The translations under genes were made by a program, and so were the position numbers. A model generated the notes under the pieces. It was not told where the DNA came from, did no database searches, and was given only the letters and a program-made list of their open reading frames with translations. From Candidatus Latescibacterota bacterium (GTDB lineage Bacteria; Latescibacterota; UBA2968; UBA8231): 64,000 bases of DNA. The stretch lies in NCBI GenBank assembly GCA_965223905.1, contig CBDCXV010000010.1, forward strand, positions 800,001 to 864,000. Direction: 5' to 3'. This document shows, piece after piece, positions 1 through 9,823 of the stretch. Every line of letters starts with the position of its first letter. Within the stretch, counting starts at the first letter, position 1.

Positions 1-3000
1 GATACGCCGTCGACAGCATGACCACGGCCATCACCAGGATGCAGGACATCACCGCGGACAGCGACGAGTAGTTGAGGGTGAAGCCGGCGACCAGGTCGAA
101 TTTTATCAGCGTCGTCGCCGTGATCTGCCCGGCGAGGTACCCGGCGACCACGCCGAGGACGGCGTACACGCAGGACTCGGCCATGAACAGCCAGGAAATG
201 TGGCCCGGGGCCAGTCCGACCGACGAGTAGACGCCGATCTCGCGGAAGCGCTCGTACACGCTCCCCATCATCGTATTCAATACGATCAGGGCGGCGATCA
301 GGATCGGGATGAACAGGTTGGCCATGCCCGAAAGGGAGGTCATGCCGAGCGAGCTGTAGATGGAGACGCGGATGTACTCGTCCCCCTCTTCCTGAACCCC
401 GGCGAACAGGGTTACCGCCAGGCGCGACAGGAACTCCTCGATCTCGCTGCGCACCTGCGCGTCCTCGTCCTCGAAGCGGACCGCCACCGACTGCAAGGGG
501 TTGCCGCTGCCGATGTTGCGCAAAGTGTGGTAGGGAACGATCAGGGTGTTGGCCGGCTCGAGGTGGACGAACGGCTTGATCACGACCTTGGCGTCCTCGA
601 GACCCTCCTTCTCCCGCTTCTCCTCCTCCGCCATCTCCTGCACCGCCTGGCCCCCGGTGACGGCGAAGTCGGCCGGCGTCATCATCTCGTCGTCGAGATC
701 CTTCAGCTGCTTCATCTTCTTGGAGCTGATAACCCCGACGATCCTGAACTGCTCGCCGAACACCCGGATCTCGACCCCCTCGCCGGCGTTCACCGCGGCC
801 AGGTCGACGTCGAGCTTGTCCTGCGTCGCACCGATCATGTCGTTGGGAATGATGCAGACCTTCTCCTCACCGGGCCGGAACCAGCGCCCCGCCACCAGGG
901 CGCGGTCGAGGCCGGTGATCTCGCTCTCCAGCGGCGTCAGGCCGAGCACCCCGAGGGCGTTATGCTCGCCGACGCCGCGCTTCATCTTGATGTGGGCCTT
1001 GGTCCTGTTGTCGTACCAGTTGCGCGGCGCCACCAGGGCGCGGTCGCCGAAGTGACTGAGGGCGTACTCGTACACCGACTCCTCGAGAGGGGTCCAGGCC
1101 TTGCTGCGGATCATGATCCCCTCGTATAGGCCCTCGTTGTCGCGCTCGATCTGGTTGAAGCGCAGCGAAGTCTGGATCGACGTGAAGGAGAGCACCGTGA
1201 AGGTCAGCAGCAACAGGGTCGTGAAGGTGAGAACGGTGCGCAGCTTGCGCCGCTTCATGTTGGAAATGCCGAGCAGAAAGGCGGTCAGGGAGGCACTGGA
1301 GCGGGATACGTCGGTGTCGTGGATCACCGCCACCTCGGTGCGCAACTTCTTCATCTGCTCGTTGAAGCGGCCCGATATGAGCCAGATGACGAGCACCGCC
1401 AGCGCCAGGATCACGAAGGCGAGCAGGATCACGAAGGGATTGGAGAGCTGGAACGCCGGGTGCACCAGCGACAGGACGATCCAGATGACGATGAAGATGC
1501 ACCCGAATCCCAGAATCTGATTCTTGATCGTCGCCGCGGTGATCAGCAGGCGCTCGGCGAAGTAGGCGCAGGGCAGGACCAGAGCCATGAAGAAGATGAT
1601 GCCCCGGATGACGTCGTTCTGCGTCGCCTTGACGTCGGGATAGGCGCGCGATTCCAGGCCGATGGCGGCGCGGGTGTACTTGACGAAGTCCCCCCACTCC
1701 TTCGATGCCAGCGCCCGCTCCGCCTTTTCGAGCTCCGCCCCGGCGCGATCGTGCAGGGCGTTGAGGCGCTGGTTCTCGATGGCGAAGCTCTTCAGCTCCC
1801 GCATGCGGGCTTCGTCGAGATTCCACATGTCCCTGGCGGAGCGGTACGAGGTGCGCGAGAACGAGGTCCCGGGCTGGATCGCGAACCCGGCGCCGAGGGC
1901 GCGGTCCTTGTCGTCGGCCGACTCGGAGTTGAGCAGCAGGGAACGGAACCCGAGGATGCTGGCGCCGAAGCCGAGCTTGACGATGGTCCCGGGGCGGGCG
2001 AAGAGCACCCCCACCGGCTCGTTCCTGGCGGAGGGGCCCTCGCCGATGGTGTAGCCGTACTCGACCGGGGTCGTGTTGGTTTCGTCGAAGATCGTCACCT
2101 GCGATAGCTTGGTGAGGTAACGCGGGTCGACGATGTCGAAGAAGTTGAACGACTCGCACGGAAACAGCACAACCATCCACTGCTTGTCGCGCCAGTCCAT
2201 GGAGATCTTCATCGGGTAGGACCCGTCCCCCTGCTCGCCGCGGTCCGGCGCGTAGGTGACCTCGCCGGTGGCCGGGTCCATGAAGTACCCCTCGATCTGC
2301 ACGGAGTTGACGCGGATGCGGTTGTCGTAGAAGGCGCCGTCGGAGTCGACCACCTCGAAGTGTTCTCCCCGCACCCCCTTGTAGGACTTTTTCTTGCCGT
2401 TGCGGACAGAGGCTACCGCCCCGGGCCGCGCCAGGTCGGGAACGATGCTGCGCCTCGGGAAGACCATCGTCCTGCCCTTCAGGGTGCGCATGGTGTCCTT
2501 CAGGCGCATCTTGAAATCGGGAAACAGCTCCGGGTCCTCGAAGGCCATGTGGAACATCCCGGCCAGCGCCCTGATCTGGCGCGCCAGGTTCTCGTGGTTG
2601 ACCTCGAAGGCGCGGTCGAGCGGGGTGTCGGCGAGGAAGCGGGCGTCGTTCACGGTGACGAAGGCCAGGGCCGGCGTGCCGGTGTCGAGCACGAGCTCGC
2701 TGTTAACGGAGATCTCGCCGGGAACGAAGGTTTCCCAGCTCTTGCCGCCCTCCGGGCTGATGCCGTTGACGAGGATGTCGCGGTCGTCGTACCCCAGCTC
2801 GCGGCTCAGAACACGGGCGTACGACATGAAGTTCTTGCCGAAGGGAGCGAAGTAGCGCTTGTAGTAGAAGCTCGTGTTGCTGTTCCAGACGCCGAGCTCG
2901 TCGGTCTGCGTCGACAGGTCCAGGCTGACGAACAGTTTCACGCCGAGGGAATCGACCTTGGGATCGACCCATTCCTTGTAAAAGGCGAGCCTGAGGTCCT

Positions 3001-4261
3001 CGTCGTCGGCTAGCTCCGCTTCGAGCTTCTCGAGGCTGGAGAAGGATTCATCGGCGACGACGAAACGGTCCCCTTCGCGCCGCACCGTGTCCTCCTCCTC
3101 GAGGGCGGCCTTCAGGACGGAACGGACCAGGATCGTGTCGTTGTCGGCGATCTCACGGATCAGTCCCTCCTTGCCGTGGAACTCGAGACTGCCCAGCCGG
3201 TAGGTGACCCCCTCCGACTCTATCAGGCCTCTCGCCAGCGCCGCCTCGACGACCCTGCGAACGACCATGCGATCGATGAACGGGTCTTCCTTGCGCAGGT
3301 AGCGCTGGATGAAATCGTCTACGCCGCGAAGGGCGAGATGGTGCGCCGACGTCGCCAGAAAGACCACGGTCCGCGAGGGCGGATTGTCGCGGAAGTACCT
3401 TGCGAGCTCGAGCAGGGCGGCGATGCCGGCCGCCTGCTCGGCGCCCGGAGCCAGCGCCGGCACCACCGACATGGCGTCGTAGTACGACTCGAGGACGATG
3501 GTGTCCTCTTTGAGGAGCGGGTCGTACCCCGGAATGGCGCCGAGGATGTTCCAGGCCGGCCGGCGTTCCCAGTCCATGCGGTATTCGAGGTGCACCGGCA
3601 GGGACCCGCCCTCCTCCAGCGGCCCGCGCAGGTGCTCGGCGTCCTCCTTGGCGATCCAGAAGCGCGGCATGTCGAGCGGCATGGTGAGGAATTTCTTCTC
3701 CCCCTCGAGATAGACCGTCGAGTCCGGCTCGGCGAAAAGAATCGCCTCGGCGCCGAGGTAGGCACAGTTGAGCCAGTTGTCGCCGGAGTTGAACTCGAGG
3801 AGGACTACCGAACCCTCGATGTCGGTGCCGGAGAGTTCGGGGAATTCCCCGGTGCCGCCGTACACGAGCTTCGCGTCGATGCCGCCGTCCGGAAGCGTGG
3901 AGGTGCGCACGAGGTTGGGCCACAGGCCGTGAATCGCGAAACGCCCGGCATCTTCTCCGGCGACCTCGAGGAATCCACCTTTCTCTACCGGGATCGAGAT
4001 GTCGTACTTCTGAAAGGAGATCCCGTCCAGCCCGATGTCGCGGAACTGCTGCTGGATGTAGAGTGCGGCGGCTTCGGCGCCGGGGTACCCGGCGACGCGC
4101 GAGCCGAGACCGGAGAGATACTGCACGGTTCCTTCGAGACGATGCTTCGGGGCCAGCCGCTCGAGCGCCCTGAAATCGACTTCCGCGTACAGGGGCGGGC
4201 TCGACCCCAGGATGGCGCTGCCTAGTAAAGCCGTGAGCGCGCTGACGGGTCGTATTCTCAT
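1..4261 (-). CDS. Giant membrane protein: signal peptide + M28-like peptidase/PA region + C-terminal FtsX-like permease domain (3' end runs off the window; absent from ORF track)
   Basis: Hand translation from ATG at 4261: MRIRPVSALTALLGSAILG..SRVAGYPG..TIVLESYYDAMSVVPALAPGAEQAAGIAALLELARYF..RTVVFLATSAHH. The same frame at the window start reads LIVLNTMMGSVYERFREIGVYSSVGLAPGHISWLFMAES..MLSTAY (FtsX-type ERxREIG motif). Both ends are in one frame; not every internal codon was checked. Confidence 0.85.
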   Translation of the reverse strand, partial: MRIRPVSALTALLGSAILGSSPPLYAEVDFRALERLAPKHRLEGTVQYLSGLGSRVAGYPGAEAAALYIQQQFRDIGLDGISFQKYDISIPVEKGGFLEVAGEDAGRFAIHGLWPNLVRTSTLPDGGIDAKLVYGGTGEFPELSGTDIEGSVVLLEFNSGDNWLNCAYLGAEAILFAEPDSTVYLEGEKKFLTMPLDMPRFWIAKEDAEHLRGPLEEGGSLPVHLEYRMDWERRPAWNILGAIPGYDPLLKEDTIVLESYYDAMSVVPALAPGAEQAAGIAALLELARYFRDNPPSRTVVFLATSAHHLALRGVDDFIQRYLRKEDPFIDRMVVRRVVEAALARGLIESEGVTYRLGSLEFHGKEGLIREIADNDTILVRSVLKAALEEEDTVRREGDRFVVADESFSSLEKLEAELADDEDLRLAFYKEWVDPKVDSLGVKLFVSLDLSTQTDELGVWNSNTSFYYKRYFAPFGKNFMSYARVLSRELGYDDRDILVNGISPEGGKSWETFVPGEISVNSELVLDTGTPALAFVTVNDARFLADTPLDRAFEVNHENLARQIRALAGMFHMAFEDPELFPDFKMRLKDTMRTLKGRTMVFPRRSIVPDLARPGAVASVRNGKKKSYKGVRGEHFEVVDSDGAFYDNRIRVNSVQIEGYFMDPATGEVTYAPDRGEQGDGSYPMKISMDWRDKQWMVVLFPCESFNFFDIVDPRYLTKLSQVTIFDETNTTPVEYGYTIGEGPSARNEPVGVLFARPGTIVKLGFGASILGFRSLLLNSESADDKDRALGAGFAIQPGTSFSRTSYRSARDMWNLDEARMRELKSFAIENQRLNALHDRAGAELEKAERALASKEWGDFVKYTRAAIGLESRAYPDVKATQNDVIRGIIFFMALVLPCAYFAERLLITAATIKNQILGFGCIFIVIWIVLSLVHPAFQLSNPFVILLAFVILALAVLVIWLISGRFNEQMKKLRTEVAVIHDTDVSRSSASLTAFLLGISNMKRRKLRTVLTFTTLLLLTFTVLSFTSIQTSLRFNQIERDNEGLYEGIMIRSKAWTPLEESVYEYALSHFGDRALVAPRNWYDNRTKAHIKMKRGVGEHNALGVLGLTPLESEITGLDRALVAGRWFRPGEEKVCIIPNDMIGATQDKLDVDLAAVNAGEGVEIRVFGEQFRIVGVISSKKMKQLKDLDDEMMTPADFAVTGGQAVQEMAEEEKREKEGLEDAKVVIKPFVHLEPANTLIVPYHTLRNIGSGNPLQSVAVRFEDEDAQVRSEIEEFLSRLAVTLFAGVQEEGDEYIRVSIYSSLGMTSLSGMANLFIPILIAALIVLNTMMGSVYERFREIGVYSSVGLAPGHISWLFMAESCVYAVLGVVAGYLAGQITATTLIKFDLVAGFTLNYSSLSAVMSCILVMAVVMLSTAY

Positions 4262-4445
4262 GCGCTTGGGAAGATGGTTTGTCGGAGGCCTTGCGAACGA
4301 ACGCGGAGGTTGTGGAGCGTTGCCGATCTTTCGGTCAGATGCCGCTCGGGATTCGGATTTCTGTGCCGGCTCAACCGCACAAATAAAGGAGAATAATCCT
4401 TTCAGGCAATCGCAAACGAATCCGACGCCCGTGCCGCCGTCACCG

Positions 4446-4958
4446 TCAGCTCCATTCGAGGCGGCGCAGGCGGGCGGCGCACCAGTGGGCGATCAGGCCG
4501 ATGGCGAAGCCGGTGACCAGCCCCGTGAGCATGAACAGCGGCAGGAAGTCGAGCAGGCCGGCGTGATGGAGGTAGACCCGGGCGATCAGCAACTGTGTCA
4601 GCTGGTGGGTGACAGCTCCGAGAACGCTGACGCCCACCAGGCTGAAAAGTCCCGGAGTCATCCGGTGGGCCAGCGCCATGGCGGCGACGCTGGCGATTCC
4701 GGCCCCGCCGCCGATGGCGAAAGCCGGACTGGCGAAACCGCCGCTCACCAGGCCGCCGGCAACGATCTTCACCACGGCGACCGCGATGGCCGGACCCCCC
4801 CCGAAGAGCTCGAGGGCGACGACGACGGGAAGGTTCCCCAGCCCCAGCTTCATCCACGGGAGGGGCCGGGGGGCCACGGCCTCCAGCAGGAACAGGATCA
4901 GCCCGGCGCCTGCGAGCAGTCCGAGCCGCGTCAGCTCCCTGGCGGACATCGAGGGCAT
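4446..4958 (-). CDS. Gx transporter family / heptaprenyl diphosphate synthase component I-like membrane protein
   Basis: Hydrophobic 170 aa with LEAVAPRPLPWMKLGLGN and VSVLGAVTHQLTQL motifs; lies directly downstream of a NusG-II gene, the usual pairing. Confidence 0.85.
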   Translation of the reverse strand: MPSMSARELTRLGLLAGAGLILFLLEAVAPRPLPWMKLGLGNLPVVVALELFGGGPAIAVAVVKIVAGGLVSGGFASPAFAIGGGAGIASVAAMALAHRMTPGLFSLVGVSVLGAVTHQLTQLLIARVYLHHAGLLDFLPLFMLTGLVTGFAIGLIAHWCAARLRRLEWS

Positions 4959-4962
4959 CCGC

Positions 4963-5364
4963 TCAGCCGCTGAAGGCGTCGACGCCGCCAGGCCGCCTGG
5001 AGGGGGCCTCCCCCCGCAGCAGCAGCACCATCCCGTTCGGCACGCAGGCGGCGATCTCGCCGGTCCGCCCGATCCACCCGGTGAGGACGCAGATCCGGTT
5101 GCGGCACCCGGCTTCGGCGAAGCGGGCGGCGCCGTCGCGGATTTCGATCACCACCTCCCCGCTGCGGCCCTCCTGGACGTGCCTCCCGTCGCTGTCCAGT
5201 GGAAAGACCGCCACCTCCCTGCCCTCTACCTCGACAACGGCGAAAGCCGCCTGGACAGCCGGCGGCTGCCGCCATGCCGCCAGCAAGGCTCCGGCGGCGA
5301 CGGCCAGCATCAGGGCGACGTCCCCGGCGGTCAGTATCCTCCTCAGTTCGAACCAGTCTCGCAT
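4963..5364 (-). CDS. NusG domain II (DUF1312-like) membrane-anchored protein
   Basis: True start is ATG 5364 (MRDWFELRRILTAGD). N-terminal TM segment and CRNRICVLTGWIGRTGEIAACVPN, matching the CxxxICxxxGxI..CxPN signature. Confidence 0.85.
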   Translation of the reverse strand: MRDWFELRRILTAGDVALMLAVAAGALLAAWRQPPAVQAAFAVVEVEGREVAVFPLDSDGRHVQEGRSGEVVIEIRDGAARFAEAGCRNRICVLTGWIGRTGEIAACVPNGMVLLLRGEAPSRRPGGVDAFSG

Positions 5365-5550
5365 GCTCGGCAGGCTTACCGGAAATGGCTGTGATTCGCG
5401 CTCGGAATAATGTACGGGCGGAGCCTTGCGGTCCACCCGATCTCCTTTGCTCACGGGCGGCGTAACCTGTTGTTCCTGTTCATTATGCGGTACTTCCCCC
5501 TTTGTCGGGCGACCCCGGTTCGGTATATTGAGAGTCGACGGAAAGATTCC

Positions 5551-7794
5551 ATGAGCGAACTGAGCGAAATCGCAAAAGCCCCCGAGGCGGGCGCCGAGTC
5601 CGCCGGGAACGGGGCACCGGCGGCGGCGACTGACCGGCTTCGCAATCTCGACGAGGTCCTGGAAGAGACCAGCGAGCTCGAGCTTCAGATGCTGCTGATC
5701 GAAGTCGCCTCCATCAACGAGCAGGCGGACTTCGACCTGATCGCCCGCGCTTACCGCTACGCCAGCGACAAGCACGCCGGCCAGACCCGCATGTCGGGGA
5801 GGCCGTTCATGCAGCACTGCGTCGAGGTCGCCCGCATCCTCGCGCAGCTCCGGCTCGACTCGACGACGGTGGCCTCCGGGCTGCTGCACGACGTGCTCGA
5901 AGACACCTCGGTGACCCTGGAGGAGGTGGCCGGTGAGTTCAGCCCCAAGATCGCCTCCCTCACCGACGGGGTGACCAAGATCGAGCGCTTCCAGTACCAG
6001 AGCCGCGAAGCCCGCCAGGCGGAATCGTACCGCAAGATGCTGCTGTCGATGGTCGAGGACCTGCGGGTCATCCTCGTCAAGTTCGCCGACCGCCTGCACA
6101 ACATGCGCACCCTCGACCACGTCGACGCCGAGCAGCAGAAAAGGATCTCCGGAGAGACCGTCGATGTGTACGCCCCGCTGGCCTACCGGCTGGGGCTCGC
6201 CCGCATCAGCCGGGAGCTCGAGGACCTGAGCCTCAAGTACCTCGAGCCGGAGATGTACGTCGAAATCCGCCGGCAGGTGGCGATGAAGAGGGAGCAGCGC
6301 GAGGTATACATCGAGGAGTTCAAGGCGCCGATCGAGGCCGACCTCGCCAAGACAGGCATTCAGGCCGAGATCACGGGGAGGCCGAAGCACTTCTACAGCA
6401 TCTACAACAAGATGAAGACCCAGGAAACGACCTTCGAGGAGATCTACGACCTGAGCGCCGTGCGCATTCTCGTCGAATCGGTGCGCGACTGCTACACGAC
6501 CCTAGGCCTCGTGCACAGCCTCTACGTGCCGATCTCCGACCGTTTCAAGGACTACATCGCCACCCCGAAGACCAACATGTACCAATCGCTGCACACCTCG
6601 GTGGTGGGCCCGGACGGGCGCCCGGTGGAGGTCCAGATACGCACCCGGGAGATGCACCAGACCGCGGAGATCGGCATCGCCGCGCACTGGCGCTACAAGT
6701 CCGGACAGCCGCCGGAGGTCAAAAACGACCAGCGCATCGGCTGGCTGCGCCAGGTGCTCGACTGGCAGCGGGAGGCGGCCGACCCGATGGAATTCCTCGA
6801 GAACCTCAAGGTCGAGCTCTACAGGGACGAGATCTATGTGTTCACACCCGAGGGGGACCTGCTGCAGCTGCCCAGGGGGGCGACGACCATCGATTTCGCC
6901 TTCGCCGTGCACACCGACATCGGCCTCCACTGCCTGACGGCGAAGGTCAACGGGCAGATCGTACCGCTCGGCACCGAGCTAAGCAGCGGCGACTCGGTGC
7001 AGATCATCAGCTCGCAGCACCAGCACCCGACCAGCAGCTGGCTCGACATGGTCAAGACCGGCAAGGCGCGCCACTGGATCGGCCGCTGGCTGCGCGAGGA
7101 GCAGTTCTCCCACGGGGTGCGCCTCGGGCAGGAGATCCTCGAACGGGAGCTCAAGAAGTACCGCCACTCCGTGCGCAGCGAGTCCCTAGACGAACTCGCC
7201 GAAGAGCTCGGGCTGGCCGGCAGCGAGCATCTCTACGCCGCGGTCGGCAGCGGCGAGCTGTCGGTGAGCGGTGTCGTCAACCGCCTGGTGCCGAAGCGTC
7301 CGAAGCGGCGCATCCGCCCGCTGTTCCGCGACCTGAGCGGGATCCGCATCCAGGGCCTCGACAACATGATGATCCACTTCGGAAAATGCTGCTCCCCGAT
7401 TCCCGGGGACCGCATCGTCGGCATGATAACGAAGGGGCGGGGAATCACCGTCCACCGCACCGACTGCCCCAACATGGCCGACGTAGCGGAGGACCCGGAC
7501 CGCGTCGCGGTGATGGAGTGGGACGTCGACGAGGAGCAGTCGTTCTACGTGCAGCTGCGCATCACCGGAACCGACCGCACCTACCTGCTGACAGAGGTAA
7601 CCCGGGTGATCAGCGAGGCCGGCGCCAACATCCGCAGCGCCGAAAGCCACACACGGCTGCACCGGGTCGAGGGCAAGTTCGAGCTCGACGTCACCGACGC
7701 GCGCCAGCTGCAGGCGATGATCAAGGGTCTCTCCAAGCTCGAGGGAATCAACGAGGTCACGCGCGCCGACGACCCGGACCTGCCCCCGGCCTGA
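5551..7794 (+). CDS. relA: Bifunctional (p)ppGpp synthetase/hydrolase Rel (RelA/SpoT family)
   Basis: HD hydrolase LLHDVLED, KFADRLHNMRTL, synthetase GRPKHFYSIY..KDYIATPKTNMYQSLHT, TGS (DFAFAVHT), CCSPIPGD and ACT domain; ATG 5551 preferred over 5410. Confidence 0.95.
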   Translation: MSELSEIAKAPEAGAESAGNGAPAAATDRLRNLDEVLEETSELELQMLLIEVASINEQADFDLIARAYRYASDKHAGQTRMSGRPFMQHCVEVARILAQLRLDSTTVASGLLHDVLEDTSVTLEEVAGEFSPKIASLTDGVTKIERFQYQSREARQAESYRKMLLSMVEDLRVILVKFADRLHNMRTLDHVDAEQQKRISGETVDVYAPLAYRLGLARISRELEDLSLKYLEPEMYVEIRRQVAMKREQREVYIEEFKAPIEADLAKTGIQAEITGRPKHFYSIYNKMKTQETTFEEIYDLSAVRILVESVRDCYTTLGLVHSLYVPISDRFKDYIATPKTNMYQSLHTSVVGPDGRPVEVQIRTREMHQTAEIGIAAHWRYKSGQPPEVKNDQRIGWLRQVLDWQREAADPMEFLENLKVELYRDEIYVFTPEGDLLQLPRGATTIDFAFAVHTDIGLHCLTAKVNGQIVPLGTELSSGDSVQIISSQHQHPTSSWLDMVKTGKARHWIGRWLREEQFSHGVRLGQEILERELKKYRHSVRSESLDELAEELGLAGSEHLYAAVGSGELSVSGVVNRLVPKRPKRRIRPLFRDLSGIRIQGLDNMMIHFGKCCSPIPGDRIVGMITKGRGITVHRTDCPNMADVAEDPDRVAVMEWDVDEEQSFYVQLRITGTDRTYLLTEVTRVISEAGANIRSAESHTRLHRVEGKFELDVTDARQLQAMIKGLSKLEGINEVTRADDPDLPPA

Positions 7795-7876
7795 GGCCGG
7801 CCTGACCGCTCCCCTGCGTCCGGGCCCGCCTGTCCTGTCCGCCTTATCTCCAGAAATCAGACGAAATGCTTCTGCA

Positions 7877-8245
7877 CAGCAGTGTCCCGTTGTCGACGGA
7901 TGGCTTTTCTGTAAGACCTCGATTTGGTTGACGTTACGCAACTTAATCGGTGGAATCGACTTGAAATGGTCTCGTTATTCGGGCCCTCCCTCCTCGGCTA
8001 TTCACAAGGAAAGGCCCATGTACAAAGGACGCTTCGTCTTTTCCCACCTCATGGAATTTTTCCCGTTCCCCGCCTTTCGACAATGTGTTCAGCGGGACCG
8101 GGGCCATTACAAGGTGCATCGGTTCTCCTGTCAGGATCAGTTTCTCTGCATGGCGTTTCCCCAACTGACCGGTCGCCAAAGCCTGCGGGACACCGAAACA
8201 TGCCTCCGGGCGCTACAGCCCAGACTTTACCATGTCGGCATTCGC
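7877..8245 (+). pseudogene. IS4-family (DUF4372-type) transposase N-terminal remnant with putative left end
   Basis: From ATG 8018: MYKGRFVFSHLMEFFP..FSCQDQFLCMAFPQLTGRQSLRDTETCLRA..LYHVGIR, after which similarity stops. Candidate terminal IR CAGCAGTGTCCCGTT at 7877-7891. Confidence 0.75.
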
Positions 8246-8482
8246 CCAACGTTCCGCTATTATGTAACACCATCCGCATCACCGTCCCAACTTTACTCAA
8301 TCCTGCATCGTTGAGGACGTCTGCCCTCTTTCCTCCTTTCCGGGGGCCATCGCGACAGCACACTCCCTAATCGCCGCATACGGAAGGGGCGCCCCTTAGG
8401 CAATCCGACCCCCCGTCTCGGTCCCCTACCCAGTTGACACCCAGGCGATTGATTTCCACATTATTCGCAGCAATCGCAGATC

Positions 8483-8548
8483 GCCGACCCCGTCGTGGGC
8501 GGCAGACCCTATGGCCACCATTCGGTGGCCATAGCCATTTCAGGGGGT
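8483..8548 (+). promoter_or_regulatory. Structured leader / candidate ncRNA upstream of DUF3800 gene
   Basis: Perfect 11-bp hairpin ctatggccacc-attc-ggtggccatag (8509-8534); bulged hairpin gccgaccc..gggcggc (8483-8503); TTGACA at 8434-8439. Confidence 0.45.
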
Positions 8549-8550
8549 AG

Positions 8551-9390
8551 ATGAAAGCCTGCTTTATCGACGAGGCAGGGGACCTCGGAGCACTCGCCAA
8601 TCCGCCGCAACCCAACGACCAACCGGTTCTGGTCATTGGCGGTCTTTTTGTAGATATCGCAAACCTCCACAACCTCACCGACAACCTCCTGAACCTGAAA
8701 AAGCGGTACTTCCCCGGCCTTCCCTATCCGTCCGCCAAACATCTGGATCGCATCTTGCCTGAGATCAAAGGGGCCGACGTTCGCAGCAACGCAACACGTG
8801 GAACCGCGCGGCAGCAGCGGCACGCCATCAGCTTCCTCGACCGAATCCTCGGACTACTGCAACAGTACGATGCAAAGCTGGTTGCACGCATTTGGGTGAA
8901 GGGCATTGGATTGCCTTTCGATGCCACGCCTGTCTACACATCCTCGATTCAAGGAATCTGCACCTATTTCAATCACCACCTGACCCAGACCAGTGAAAGC
9001 GGCATCTGTATCGCTGACAGCCGGAACAAATTCAAGAATGTCAACGTCTCCCACTCCATCTTTACGAAAAAGTTCAGCCCGGTAGCCCAGAGCTACCAAC
9101 GGATCGTTGAGCTGCCGACCTTTGGGCACAGTGATAACCACGCCGGCCTTCAAGTCTGTGACATCGTCTGCTCTGCGCTGCTCTACCCCATCGCCTGCTT
9201 TGCGTATTGCGCGGGTCACGTGAGCAACGTCCATGTACAACCCGGTGCCGCAAGGCTCCTGAAGCGTTACGGGCAGCAACTGAAGGACCTCCAATACCGC
9301 TACCAGGATACGGTGACCAACCGTTACCAGGGCGGACTCGTGGTCTCGGACGCCATCCTGCAACGGAATGGCTCGCTAATGTTTCGCTGA
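8551..9390 (+). CDS. DUF3800 family (RNase H-like fold) protein
   Basis: N-terminal FIDEAGDLG, PEIKG, IADSR and C-terminal SDNHAGLQVCDIVCS (QxxD) motifs. Confidence 0.8.
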   Translation: MKACFIDEAGDLGALANPPQPNDQPVLVIGGLFVDIANLHNLTDNLLNLKKRYFPGLPYPSAKHLDRILPEIKGADVRSNATRGTARQQRHAISFLDRILGLLQQYDAKLVARIWVKGIGLPFDATPVYTSSIQGICTYFNHHLTQTSESGICIADSRNKFKNVNVSHSIFTKKFSPVAQSYQRIVELPTFGHSDNHAGLQVCDIVCSALLYPIACFAYCAGHVSNVHVQPGAARLLKRYGQQLKDLQYRYQDTVTNRYQGGLVVSDAILQRNGSLMFR

Positions 9391-9423
9391 AACAGGATCG
9401 ACAAGCCTACACCACCCGGGCCA

Positions 9424-9738
9424 ATGCCGACCCGCCGAGATGAGTTTGCGGACGAATTAAGGACCCGAGTACCGACAATTGATGCTGTTTTCGACGCACC
9501 AAGTGTCATCGCGCCCTACCTTCTTTGCTCAGGACATCAACTCGTACCTTCAGCGATCCGGAGTCCTGAGTCGATGTGGACTACCACTGAGATACTGCGA
9601 CAACTGTATAACTTCAGTGTAATTGGAATGTTCGAAACACCGACTTCCAAATCACCTGTCTTCAAGTACAAAAACCCAAGGCTTGAGCTTCGGTCGAAGA
9701 CCAGACTTTCCATCCACTATGGGTGCGCCCAGCTTTAG
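9424..9738 (+). pseudogene. Probable C-terminal remnant of a P-loop ATPase (Sll1717-like) gene
   Basis: EILRQLYNFSVIG..FKYKNP..LSIHYG resembles the winged-helix tail of such ATPases; no Walker motifs present; lower GC. Confidence 0.35.
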
Positions 9739-9823
9739 AGATGGTAAGCCGCAGATGAAGCCACTGCCGAATAATAAATGGCAAAATTGGTTTTTCTGAT
9801 GACCCGTTAGGACGTTGCGAACC

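Noticed and set aside
200-4225. Many 100-400 aa ORFs in the track
   Set aside because: Shadow frames of the giant minus-strand gene; high-GC artefacts with no motifs
5365-6390. 475-aa version of the NusG-II ORF
   Set aside because: The extension is antisense to rel; real similarity starts at ATG 5364
8244-8370. cccaacgttccgctattatgtaac as the end of a second IS truncating the IS4 remnant
   Set aside because: No partner inverted repeat or transposase found in the window
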